Assembly (NCBI GenBank): GCA_031412755.1
Contig: JANODP010000191.1
Location: forward strand, 2,454-66,453
DNA: 64,000 nt
Reading direction: 5' to 3'
Source of the DNA: Schlesneria sp.
GTDB taxonomy: Bacteria; Planctomycetota; Planctomycetia; Planctomycetales; Planctomycetaceae
The first letter of the stretch is position 1, and each line of letters begins with the position of its first letter. The translations under genes and the position numbers were made by a program. The notes under the pieces were generated by a model, which was given only the letters and a program-made list of their open reading frames with translations, ran no database searches and was not told where the DNA came from. Positions 36,871 through 45,939 of the stretch are shown here, in pieces.

Positions 36871-38114
36871 ACAAGAATCCGACACGACGGACAGCTGCTT
36901 TTTGCTTCTCGCAATTGGGTCTCCGCAGGATTGGGGTGTCTTGCGCTGCGTATTTGATATCACTCTCCGCAGTCTTGTTTGTTTGCGCAACCGCCGTCGC
37001 ACAAGGGAGATTACTTTCGGACGAGGGAGTTATCGAGAATCTCGATGGTGCGAGTCGCATCTCCGTGTGGGTGCTTCAGCCAGGTAGATATGCAATTGAT
37101 GGCAAACACATACTAGTTTCAGTTGAGCTTGCGAAAGAGATCACAAAAACAGGCATCGAAGCCACAGTTAAGCCGTTCATTGCTGAGGGAAAGGTGGCCA
37201 CCGAGGAATTCGCACCTCGCGCTGTCACAAAGGTGTCGAACCCATACGACGAGATTAAAAGTACGCTTCCGCCTAACCCCAACGAGGGGAAGGTGTGGCA
37301 TGTATTTCGACTTGAGCTACCACCACATTTACTTCTCAGCCCATTTCAGGTGATAGTAACTGTCCCACAAGCGGGCATTAAGTTTGCGCGTATATTGCTT
37401 GGGCAGCCTTCAACGTTAAGATCCAATATCATTGGCGCCTTTTCTCCGGCAGCACCGCGTAAGGACAATGCGGTCGTCATCAAGGCAGGAGAGGACTATC
37501 TTGGAACAACATTCGCCAGGCAACGGATCCGACTTCCTGCGGGAGCGTTTGGTGCAGGATCGGAAGCATTTGATGAAATCGTTGAGTTCGGCGAACTCCG
37601 GCTCGATCCAAAACGGCTATCTAACGCTGACACTATCATGATCCGAATGCGGGATATTTCAGCAGGAGAGACGACGCCACTGCGGCTTGTTGCGTTTGCA
37701 AACAAGTCAACGAAGCCAATTACAATTCGAACACCAAAAGGAAATATTGAACTGGAGATTACTTCGACGCTTTCGCCAAACGCAGTTTCGTCAGGTTTCA
37801 TAACTCTCAATGAGGATGGCTCGTATGAAAGCTCCACATGCCTTTACCCCGTCCTCAGTTTGCAGCCAGTCGCTGCGGGGATACCCCAAGGAGAGCCGAT
37901 GGTGATTGATACGGCACTTACTCAGGTTCCGAGTTTTCCCTTTTATCTTGCAAGCGACGGAGGACGGTGGGCTCCTAAGAAACCGGCTGGGCGCTTGGAA
38001 ACCTTGAAGAGTTCAAACTTTTTCAACGACAATGGAACAGCTAGCAAGTTTAATCACTCCAATGGAAAGGGCACCGTTATAGGAAAGTGCGCGAAAGAAG
38101 GAGTGACTGAATAG
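36867..38114 (+). CDS. Putative secreted beta-rich hypothetical protein
   Basis: ATG overlaps the AraC stop; signal-like N-terminus ending AVA-QG. Confidence 0.65.
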   Translation: MNKNPTRRTAAFCFSQLGLRRIGVSCAAYLISLSAVLFVCATAVAQGRLLSDEGVIENLDGASRISVWVLQPGRYAIDGKHILVSVELAKEITKTGIEATVKPFIAEGKVATEEFAPRAVTKVSNPYDEIKSTLPPNPNEGKVWHVFRLELPPHLLLSPFQVIVTVPQAGIKFARILLGQPSTLRSNIIGAFSPAAPRKDNAVVIKAGEDYLGTTFARQRIRLPAGAFGAGSEAFDEIVEFGELRLDPKRLSNADTIMIRMRDISAGETTPLRLVAFANKSTKPITIRTPKGNIELEITSTLSPNAVSSGFITLNEDGSYESSTCLYPVLSLQPVAAGIPQGEPMVIDTALTQVPSFPFYLASDGGRWAPKKPAGRLETLKSSNFFNDNGTASKFNHSNGKGTVIGKCAKEGVTE

Positions 38115-38421
38115 GACATCTGCTTAAAGTCGGTGTTAGCCGCAGCTTATTATTATAATCTATTTGTGTCGATCATCATCGGATTACGCAAGAACGCTCC
38201 ATACACTTGCTACTCATCTACGAGATTTCATTGAATACGCCAAAGTCGAAAATCGCATTTAAGTATTAAGTGGCATTGTCCTTTTCAAGGCTACGTTGGC
38301 CTCTAATTCGATTCAATCGATTGTGCATACTATCACGAAGTCAGTGGGTATCCTTGAAAGGGGGAAGCATCGTGAGTTGGTGTGCACCGTAATCTGCCCC
38401 AGCGCCAGCATCCGGTGCTAC

Positions 38422-38670
38422 TCAACCAACGCGTGGCGTGATGTAGGCTACCAAACTCGCAATGCTGGTAAGATTCTTGTAATCGGTTTCGGGAATATTG
38501 ACGTTCGTCTCCTTGCGGATCTCAATCACAAGATCGAGAAAGTCCATGCTGTCCAGTTGCATCTGTTCATGCATTGGAATGTTGTCGTCAAGTGAATCTG
38601 GCACGCCGTCGCTCCCTGCGACTCTTTGAAGCAGGCCGACCAACAAATCTCGCACTTCAATCTCTTGCAT
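38422..38670 (-). CDS. Acyl carrier protein
   Basis: QLDSMDFLDLV phosphopantetheine Ser motif; acidic ~82 aa. Confidence 0.9.
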   Translation of the reverse strand: MQEIEVRDLLVGLLQRVAGSDGVPDSLDDNIPMHEQMQLDSMDFLDLVIEIRKETNVNIPETDYKNLTSIASLVAYITPRVG

Positions 38671-38745
38671 TCTGAATTCACCTTCGTCGTTACTCATGAC
38701 TCTTCGTAACACCTCACGCAAATGGCCGCACAGATCTTGCTCGCT

Positions 38746-40008
38746 CTAACCGCAGTAGCCACCCAATTCCACCGGGACTTTTTTCACAATCAACGCAGAG
38801 TTAATTCCGAGCATCCCAAAAGAATTGTTGAGAATATACTCCACTTGGTCCGCTGTGCGACTATGGTTGGCCACAATTTGCGGTAGAGCACAACTTGGGT
38901 CAGGCTGATCCAAATTGATCGTCGCGTGGATCATATGATCCCAGAATGATGGCAGATTGCCGAGAAGTTCCAATGTCCCTGCCGCTCCCATCGCGTGACC
39001 GATAAGGCTTTTGGTATTGTTGATGGAAAGCGAACTGCGATCCCCGAAGACGCTTCGTAGTGCCTCGCATTCTGCGGCATCGCCGCGCTCAGTACCGGTC
39101 GCATGGGAACTGACGATGTCAATTGCATCTGGACTGATTCCAGCACGAGACAATGCCAGATGCATGCATTCCGCCTGTCGCGCGGCCAATGGGTCAACGA
39201 GATCGGCTGCATCCGAGTTGATCGCATAGCCCACGATCTCGGCGTAGATGCGAGCTTTGCGCTCAAGAGCATCACCTAATCGTTCCACCACGCAGAGTCC
39301 GCCACCCTCGGCTACGACGATCCCAGTCCGACCGACATCGAACGGTCGTGATGCTTTGGCCGGATCTTCATGCATGGCCAAGGCTCGCTGACTCCGAAAG
39401 CTGGCGAAAATACCAAAGGAGCGGATGCTCTCGGAAACTCCACCGGCGACCGCGATGTCAACTTCCCCCAGCCGGAGCATTTGAGCCGCATGAATCAGTC
39501 CGACGTTGCCCGCAGCACAGGCCGCGCCTAGCGTCAAATGAGGACCGGTGATCCCCATGTTAATCGTCACTTCGCCAGCGGGATTATTGGCGATGCTCCG
39601 TGGATTGTGATAGTTGGACCATACGCTCGTATCGTTTCCGAAGCGAGCTAGTTCGTGGATCTCATTTTCAGTCTCGACATTGCCGTGCTCGGTGATTCCA
39701 AGGTACACCCCGACACGATCCCGCCGAACGGCTGTCCAGTCGAGCCCAGCATCACGCACGGATTCATTCGCGCAATAGATCGCTATCGAGCCAGCCCGCG
39801 TACCCTTACGACGCGCTGACGGCCGTTGGTATTTGTTCTCGTCAAAGTTGCAAACACCAGCCGGAACCTGTCCAAGATACCGCGTAGTGAACGCGACGAC
39901 TCCAGAGCGGCCTTCCAACAATGCTTCTCGGTAGCTTTTCAGGTCGTTTCCATTGGGGGCTGTCAGCCCAATGCCGGTGATGACGATGCGCGAGTCGCGG
40001 TTGTACAT
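38746..40008 (-). CDS. Beta-ketoacyl-ACP synthase (FabF-like)
   Basis: IVITGIG, active-site GAACAAG, SHATGT, KSLIGHAMGA, NNSFGMLG. Confidence 0.92.
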   Translation of the reverse strand: MYNRDSRIVITGIGLTAPNGNDLKSYREALLEGRSGVVAFTTRYLGQVPAGVCNFDENKYQRPSARRKGTRAGSIAIYCANESVRDAGLDWTAVRRDRVGVYLGITEHGNVETENEIHELARFGNDTSVWSNYHNPRSIANNPAGEVTINMGITGPHLTLGAACAAGNVGLIHAAQMLRLGEVDIAVAGGVSESIRSFGIFASFRSQRALAMHEDPAKASRPFDVGRTGIVVAEGGGLCVVERLGDALERKARIYAEIVGYAINSDAADLVDPLAARQAECMHLALSRAGISPDAIDIVSSHATGTERGDAAECEALRSVFGDRSSLSINNTKSLIGHAMGAAGTLELLGNLPSFWDHMIHATINLDQPDPSCALPQIVANHSRTADQVEYILNNSFGMLGINSALIVKKVPVELGGYCG

Positions 40009-40361
40009 TCAAGAATCCATTTCCAGCAGTTCGGGAACTCCCCAATAGTGCTATTGTAAACGACAACATTCCACAAGTGGGTCTCAAAGGAATGAGACAA
40101 CCCTACAGGGTTAGCTTCGGAACGACACCGCTTTCGGATGGTGGTGGGATACAGTAGTTTCGCTACAGTGATCAAGTGTCCCGCCTGCGAAAAGAAACTG
40201 ATCGAATGGGATGGCACGGTGTTCCACACCCCTGTGTCGTCGCGCCAAACTCTTGCGCGGTAGAGGATCCTCACGCAGAAACTGCGGACGTCTCGGATCA
40301 CACCTTGCCATCAACAATTGATTGACGGTCGGATAGGATTCACCGCCCAGCGCGAGTTAAG

Positions 40362-41555
40362 TGAGGGTGTCCTGAAATTCAGAGTGCGTCCATGATCCAC
40401 TTGACTCGCCCGTTTTGATGGCCTCGTCGGTGGTTGTGTCGGACGAGCAGTTGGTAGATGAAAACGGCGGCCAAGAGTTGTGTGCGGTTGTTGTCGAGGC
40501 CGCGATGCCAGACCCGATGATCCAGTTCGAACAGGTTCTTGAACCAATCATGGAACGGTTCCACCGTTTGACCGCGTTGTGCGTACAGGCGTCGTCCCGC
40601 TCGGCTGTTCAGAAACCGGCGGCGTTCGAGACGGCGGCGATGGTGTTCGTCTCGCGGCGTGGGATGCACCGCGCCGGATGCCGGACGGCTGTTGCGGGGG
40701 TTCTCGGGACACAGGAAGCGGCGTCCCGTGCGGCGGTTGTGGGAACCATACTCGATCCGTTCTCCGGCCTCGTTGCTGTCGTAGCCGCTGTCGACCAGAA
40801 CGGATCGTGTCGCCGCCGGCAGGGCGGACAGTTTGTCGATCACGGTGGAGGTCTCTTTCGCGCTGGCCGTGTCGGCCGAAGCCAGCAGAGGGAAGACCAC
40901 CCGCTTGGGGGTGGCCGAGACCACGACCTCGACGCTGTAGCCCTGCACCCAGCCATCATGTTGCGAGCAGCCCCAGCGGCTGTCCCGATCCACACCACGC
41001 AGGCCCTTCGGAATGCGGTGGGCCTGTCGGTCCCGTTTGTGCCACAGTGGCCCCCGGGCGGCAATCAGGCTCTTGTCGATGGCGACAATCTTGGGGTCGG
41101 CCACCCCTTCCGTCACAGCGCGTTCGCCCTGCACGCGGATCGCCGATTGAAACAACCGATGCGCCCGCCGGTAGCGACGAAAGAACGTGCTGCGCGAAGG
41201 AAACGAAGCGTCCTTCACAACCGCCGCGATCTGCCGACGATGGTCGGGATCCGCGAGGAAGCGGAACTGCGACGACTTGCTCTTTTTGCGTTTGAGCACC
41301 GCGACCATAATCAACACACCCATCAACCAGTCGGGAATCTCGGGCTTGGCTCCCGGACCTGTCCTGGGGCATCGACGCTCGGCCTCCCGCAACAGCGGCA
41401 GAGCCATCCGCACCAACGCCGACAAATCCGTGCCCGTGGCGGCACGCTTACCCATCCTTGGGGCCTCTCGTTGCGTTGCGTTTCTTCTTGGCAGAACAAA
41501 CGTAAACGCACAGAGGCCCCTTGGTTTAGATCAATTCAATTTCAGGACACCCTCA
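40362..41555 (-). mobile_element. IS element (DDE_Tnp_1; IS5/IS4-like), 1194 bp
   Basis: Perfect 18-bp TIR TGAGGGTGTCCTGAAATT (40362-40379 / 41538-41555); GTTAAG duplicated on both sides (40356-40361, 41556-41561). Confidence 0.92.
40379..41455 (-). CDS. DDE transposase
   Basis: VAIDKSLI, LVDSGYD, RGQTVEPFHDWFK DDE triad. Confidence 0.9.
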   Translation of the reverse strand: MGKRAATGTDLSALVRMALPLLREAERRCPRTGPGAKPEIPDWLMGVLIMVAVLKRKKSKSSQFRFLADPDHRRQIAAVVKDASFPSRSTFFRRYRRAHRLFQSAIRVQGERAVTEGVADPKIVAIDKSLIAARGPLWHKRDRQAHRIPKGLRGVDRDSRWGCSQHDGWVQGYSVEVVVSATPKRVVFPLLASADTASAKETSTVIDKLSALPAATRSVLVDSGYDSNEAGERIEYGSHNRRTGRRFLCPENPRNSRPASGAVHPTPRDEHHRRRLERRRFLNSRAGRRLYAQRGQTVEPFHDWFKNLFELDHRVWHRGLDNNRTQLLAAVFIYQLLVRHNHRRGHQNGRVKWIMDAL

Positions 41556-42098
41556 GTTAAGTAAGTACCGTGGATGCCGAGACGGGAACTTCGCAAACAG
41601 TCCCTGTAAGACGTACCGTGTTTGGTCTCGAAGGTGGCGCAATCGTTCCCATCATTCTTGTGGCTTGTTCATCATCTTCCCGTCATGCCAACTGAATCCA
41701 TCGAAGCGATCAGGTGAACCGTCCCAGACGACTGTCATCAGTTTCCCACAATAACCGGGCAGCCCGTGACATAGATGTCGTAGACAACGATGTATGCAGT
41801 GCATGCGGTCAGTGCTGCACCATTCCTCATCGTAGCTCTGCCCGTGAAGCCAGCTCGCTAACTACTTGATCTCGCCGATGCTCCGCTCAAGTTATGCTTT
41901 GCAGACACCGAGGATCTCGAACGAGAGCGGGCGCGTCTCGATGAACAATGGCGATAGTAGCTGGTAAGGGGCACTCATCAGACCGACCGTACTGCACGAC
42001 AGTTCCATGCTGTCGAACCGGAGATCGGGCTCGTGGGTCGTACGCGCGAGAAGAACTGGGGATACCGCAAGTACCACTGTTGAGATCGTGTATTCTCT

Positions 42099-42974
42099 TC
42101 AATCACCGATCCTGCTGAAGGTCATTCTCCACAGTTCCAACTGGCCTGTCTCAAAGGCGAATATTGATAGCTGCAAGTACTTTTGATAACGCGAGACAAC
42201 CTCATCTCCAACGAGCGAGCGAGCTTCATCTGCTCGGTTTCGAAGCCTTCTGAGCCACTCCGTACAAGTTTGAGCGTATCCCAGCCGGTCATTCGAGGCA
42301 GATTCAAGCTCAAATCGAGTGTTGGCCGCACGAACAACCTCGTCAAACTGTGGCGGATCCGTCTCCCGAAAAATCTCATTGGCCAGGAAGCGAGTCGCTC
42401 GCGAACTGTGCGACTTCTCTCGAGTCGCTCGACTGCCATAGGCAAACGTCTGCAACGAGAGCCTTCCGCCTGGAGCCAGATATTGGTGACACCAACTAAA
42501 GAAGGCGCGATACTTCGCCAGTCTGCTCTCGTCGGAATCAGTGAATCGGGCGAAGTGCTCAAACGCACCGATCGAAATCATCGCGTCGTAACATTGACTC
42601 GGGACGTGGTCAGCCCAGCTCTCGACCCTCACTTCGACATGCGATAGGTTCATCTCGGCAATCCACAACGCCTGATTTTGACTGAGAGTCAAACCGACCG
42701 CATGTGAAACGCCAGATTCGGTCGTTAGCCTCTTCATCACACCTCCCCAGCCACAGCCGATATCGAGAACGCGAGTGCGGGCCTGTGCCTTGGCTGCAAA
42801 TATGTGATGGTCAATCTTGCGAATCTGAGCATCCCGCAGTGAATCGCCCTCTTTCCAGAGCGCGCCGGAATAGGTCATCGTCGAGTCCAGCCAGAGGGCG
42901 TAGAAGTCATTGCTGATATCGTAGTGGTGCTCGATCGCTTCACGCGATGCACCGGCCATCGAATCGCTCATCAT
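42099..42974 (-). CDS. Cyclopropane-fatty-acyl synthase (CMAS)-family SAM methyltransferase
   Basis: IEHHYDISNDFYALWLD.TMTYS, VLDIGCGWGG, ISIGAFEH; start ATG 42974. Confidence 0.9.
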   Translation of the reverse strand: MMSDSMAGASREAIEHHYDISNDFYALWLDSTMTYSGALWKEGDSLRDAQIRKIDHHIFAAKAQARTRVLDIGCGWGGVMKRLTTESGVSHAVGLTLSQNQALWIAEMNLSHVEVRVESWADHVPSQCYDAMISIGAFEHFARFTDSDESRLAKYRAFFSWCHQYLAPGGRLSLQTFAYGSRATREKSHSSRATRFLANEIFRETDPPQFDEVVRAANTRFELESASNDRLGYAQTCTEWLRRLRNRADEARSLVGDEVVSRYQKYLQLSIFAFETGQLELWRMTFSRIGD

Positions 42975-43005
42975 GATCACCTGCGGGTACTGGATTTTGG
43001 GCGCG

Positions 43006-43251
43006 TTAATTGAGCTTTCCAAGGTGACTTGCCAAGGCCTCGATTGACCGATACTTGAACGGCAGACTGGGTGACAACTCCCTGCCAAGCAATGTCTCCA
43101 TGCTTAGCGTCAAATTCACAGCTGCCATGGAGTCAAGCCCATAGCGATCAAACGGTTCGGTCGGAGAAATCTCTCCAGGGGCCAACTCCAGTTCCTTGGC
43201 CAATTCCTCAACCAACCGCTGCCGGATCTCTTCAACACTCCGCTTGATCAT
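43006..43251 (-). CDS. Acyl carrier protein (PKS/JamC type)
   Basis: PFDRYGLDSMAAV…LGRELSPSL; start ATG 43251. Confidence 0.9.
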   Translation of the reverse strand: MIKRSVEEIRQRLVEELAKELELAPGEISPTEPFDRYGLDSMAAVNLTLSMETLLGRELSPSLPFKYRSIEALASHLGKLN

Positions 43252-44290
43252 GCTTATCCCCCGAGTTTTGGTAAATGGAAGTGTCATCGCCTCGGACAAT
43301 CTTGCTCTCGATCAACTCTCGCGATGGATATCGAACATCCCACACAATTCCAAGACGCTCAAGGAAACGAATCAGAAGGCCTCCTGGGTCGAATTGCCAC
43401 CATCTCATCGACATGATGGCGGATGCTGGAAAGGCATGATGATTGTTGTGCCAGGATTGTCCCAATGTTGGGATTGCAAGCAGAAAACTGTTCGTACTCT
43501 TGTCTCGAGTCTTGAAGGGGCGAGTTCCAAACGCATGGGTCACGGAATTGATGCACCAATAGAAGACATGATTCATCACGAAGACCCGGACAAATCCTCC
43601 CCATAGGACTCCGAGCACCGCGTTTTCCCAGGATAAGGTGACGACTCCAGCGATCAGTCCCGGCAGCAGGAATCCGGCCGCCAGCCAGTAAAAGTAGACG
43701 CGATGCACGCTGAACACCAGCGGGTCACCGTAGAGGTCAGGAGCGTATCGTTCCCACCCAAGTTTGCGAGTCGAGTCTCTCACAAAGAGCCAACCCAGAT
43801 GAGCATGAAACAAACCTCTCAGCAGCTTGGGATTGTCATGCGTGGCAAAGCTGTGAGGTGAATGTGGATCTCCGCATTGGTCGCTGAACTGGTGATGCCT
43901 CCGATGGGTCGCTGCCCACCAGATCACCGGCCCTTGAAATGCCGTGGAACCCATGACGGCCAGTAGCCACCGGATGGCAGGAATTGTCTGAAAACTCCTA
44001 TGCGAGAAGTGACGATGGAATCCCACCTCCACACCCACAAGTGCGATCAAGTGCATCGACAACCATGCCAACAATCCCACCCATCCCGGTGGGTAGCCAA
44101 AGTACATCATGACCAACGCCGCCACAAACCCCAGGGCCGGCGCGACCGTGACTAGCCATGCGAATCGCCGATCCAAACGAGATAAGCGCACCAGTGACAA
44201 CTCACGACTCTGAACCACCGTCGTCCTATCAACAACTGGGCCCAAGAGAACCTGCTCAAACACTGTTCCCGACTCTGAGATTTCTTCCAT
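43232..44290 (-). CDS. Membrane fatty-acid desaturase/acetylenase (JamB-like)
   Basis: His boxes HRHFSH, HRRHH, HNNHH; QGPVIWW, GDPHSP, LWGGFVR. Confidence 0.9.
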   Translation of the reverse strand: MEEISESGTVFEQVLLGPVVDRTTVVQSRELSLVRLSRLDRRFAWLVTVAPALGFVAALVMMYFGYPPGWVGLLAWLSMHLIALVGVEVGFHRHFSHRSFQTIPAIRWLLAVMGSTAFQGPVIWWAATHRRHHQFSDQCGDPHSPHSFATHDNPKLLRGLFHAHLGWLFVRDSTRKLGWERYAPDLYGDPLVFSVHRVYFYWLAAGFLLPGLIAGVVTLSWENAVLGVLWGGFVRVFVMNHVFYWCINSVTHAFGTRPFKTRDKSTNSFLLAIPTLGQSWHNNHHAFPASAIMSMRWWQFDPGGLLIRFLERLGIVWDVRYPSRELIESKIVRGDDTSIYQNSGDKHDQAEC

Positions 44291-44322
44291 ATTGACCTTC
44301 CGCACGGGCGTTGATTCCGGGT

Positions 44323-45939
44323 TTACTCTCCAAATCGGTGGCGATTCAAGTGTTCGGCAATGTAACTGTCTCGGCATGCACCTCGACGGATTTTGCCGCT
44401 GGATGTTGTTGGTAAACCTCCCGGTTCAAGGAAAACGACGTCCGCCACTCGCAATGAGTGCTCACGTGAGACCGCCTCGATGATGTTCCCGCTCAGGACG
44501 AGCGACGCGTGCCTCTGCAGACGACGATCGACAACTTCACAGACAACCACAATCCGCGTTTCTTCAGTCATGAACGCACAAATGCGGCCAGGTCTGATGC
44601 TCGGAATTGCTCTCTCAATGGAATACTCGATGTCTTCGGGATAGTAGTTTGCGCCTGCAATGATCCAGGAGTCCTTCAGCCGTCCTGCGATATACAACTG
44701 TCCGTCGCTTACGAAACCAAGGTCTCCTGTGCGAAGAAAGGGGCCTTCTCCGGTCTCGGCGATATACCCGTTAAATGTTTCTGACCGGTTCTCACCCCAG
44801 TATCCTGCCGCTACACATGGACTGCTGATCCAGATCTCCCCGACCTGAGTGTCGGGTAGCCGTCGATGCGTGCAGGGATCGACAATTCGGATGTTCGTGC
44901 CCGTTCTCCAGTGGCCGCAACTCGCGAAGCCGCTCTCAGCCCTGCTGCAATGGCCGCCGGACACGAACAGTGTTGCTTCAGCCAGGCCGTAACATGGAAA
45001 GAATGCTTCATGCCGAAAACCGCACCTTGCAAACGTTTTTGCAAATTGCGTCATGGTCTGAGCACGTACAGGCTCTGATCCGTTGAAGGCGACGCGCCAA
45101 CTACTCAGATCGATGCCACTGAGGTCTTCGGCCGAAAGTTTTTGTACACAGTGACGATAACAGAAATCTGGGCCGCCGCTTGTCGTACCACCGTACTCGG
45201 AAATCGCAATCAGCCATAGCTTGGGACGCATCAAAAATGTCATCGGGGACATCAAAACGGCAGTCGCCCCGAGATAGATTGGTTGCATAACGTTTCCGAT
45301 AAGTCCCATGTCGTGGAAAAGCGGTAACCAGCCAACCACGACGGTTTCCTGATTGTGTCCAAACGACTCGCAAATCATCCGCTGATTCTGCATGAGATTG
45401 TCGTGAGAGACTACGACGCCGCGAGGTTGGGATGTCGAACCTGATGTATACTGAATCATAGCGACGTCAGCAGATCGAAGATGAGTGTTCGGAACTCCAC
45501 CGTCATTACTGACGTTTCCGGTAAGCAAGTGCGCTAACTCGGAGTCCTCTTCGGTCCCGAGCAGCATCGCAGGATCTGCGTTATTGAGGAGTGAAACGAG
45601 TCGATCAAACCTCGAGTTCGGATTGGGTGCATGGAGAGGGACAGCGATAGCGCCGGCGTAAATGCAACTCAGAAAATCGATCAGAAACTCGTCAGAATTT
45701 GTACGACTAAAGACAGCCACTCGTCGTTCAGCCATCCCGCGTTCAGCGAGTTCGCCAGCCCTTTGCCGACAGGAATCGTCAAGCTCTCTATAAGTCAATT
45801 GCTTTCGTTGTCGGCCCCGCTCATCCAAAAACACAAACGCCAACCGGTCAGGAGTCTGCCGAGCATGATGCTGCAGGATATTGATGAGTCCACTACGGTG
45901 GCTCAATTGTCGTCCTTTCGTAGCGATGGCGATTGACAC
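44323..45939 (-). CDS. Fatty acyl-AMP ligase-like adenylating enzyme
   Basis: QYTSGSTSQPRGV, WLPLFHDMGLIG, NGSEP, CYGLAEATL, LRTGDLGF, TTSSGKIRR. Confidence 0.9.
   Translation of the reverse strand: MSIAIATKGRQLSHRSGLINILQHHARQTPDRLAFVFLDERGRQRKQLTYRELDDSCRQRAGELAERGMAERRVAVFSRTNSDEFLIDFLSCIYAGAIAVPLHAPNPNSRFDRLVSLLNNADPAMLLGTEEDSELAHLLTGNVSNDGGVPNTHLRSADVAMIQYTSGSTSQPRGVVVSHDNLMQNQRMICESFGHNQETVVVGWLPLFHDMGLIGNVMQPIYLGATAVLMSPMTFLMRPKLWLIAISEYGGTTSGGPDFCYRHCVQKLSAEDLSGIDLSSWRVAFNGSEPVRAQTMTQFAKTFARCGFRHEAFFPCYGLAEATLFVSGGHCSRAESGFASCGHWRTGTNIRIVDPCTHRRLPDTQVGEIWISSPCVAAGYWGENRSETFNGYIAETGEGPFLRTGDLGFVSDGQLYIAGRLKDSWIIAGANYYPEDIEYSIERAIPSIRPGRICAFMTEETRIVVVCEVVDRRLQRHASLVLSGNIIEAVSREHSLRVADVVFLEPGGLPTTSSGKIRRGACRDSYIAEHLNRHRFGE

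Noticed and set aside
40415-41560. 381-aa plus-strand ORF
   Set aside because: Antisense shadow of the IS transposase, which has a clear DDE triad
41892-42077. Third ACP (LRFDSMEL motif)
   Set aside because: Only the DSM tripeptide fits; the flanking helices lack the acidic ACP pattern, so it is probably chance within a decayed region
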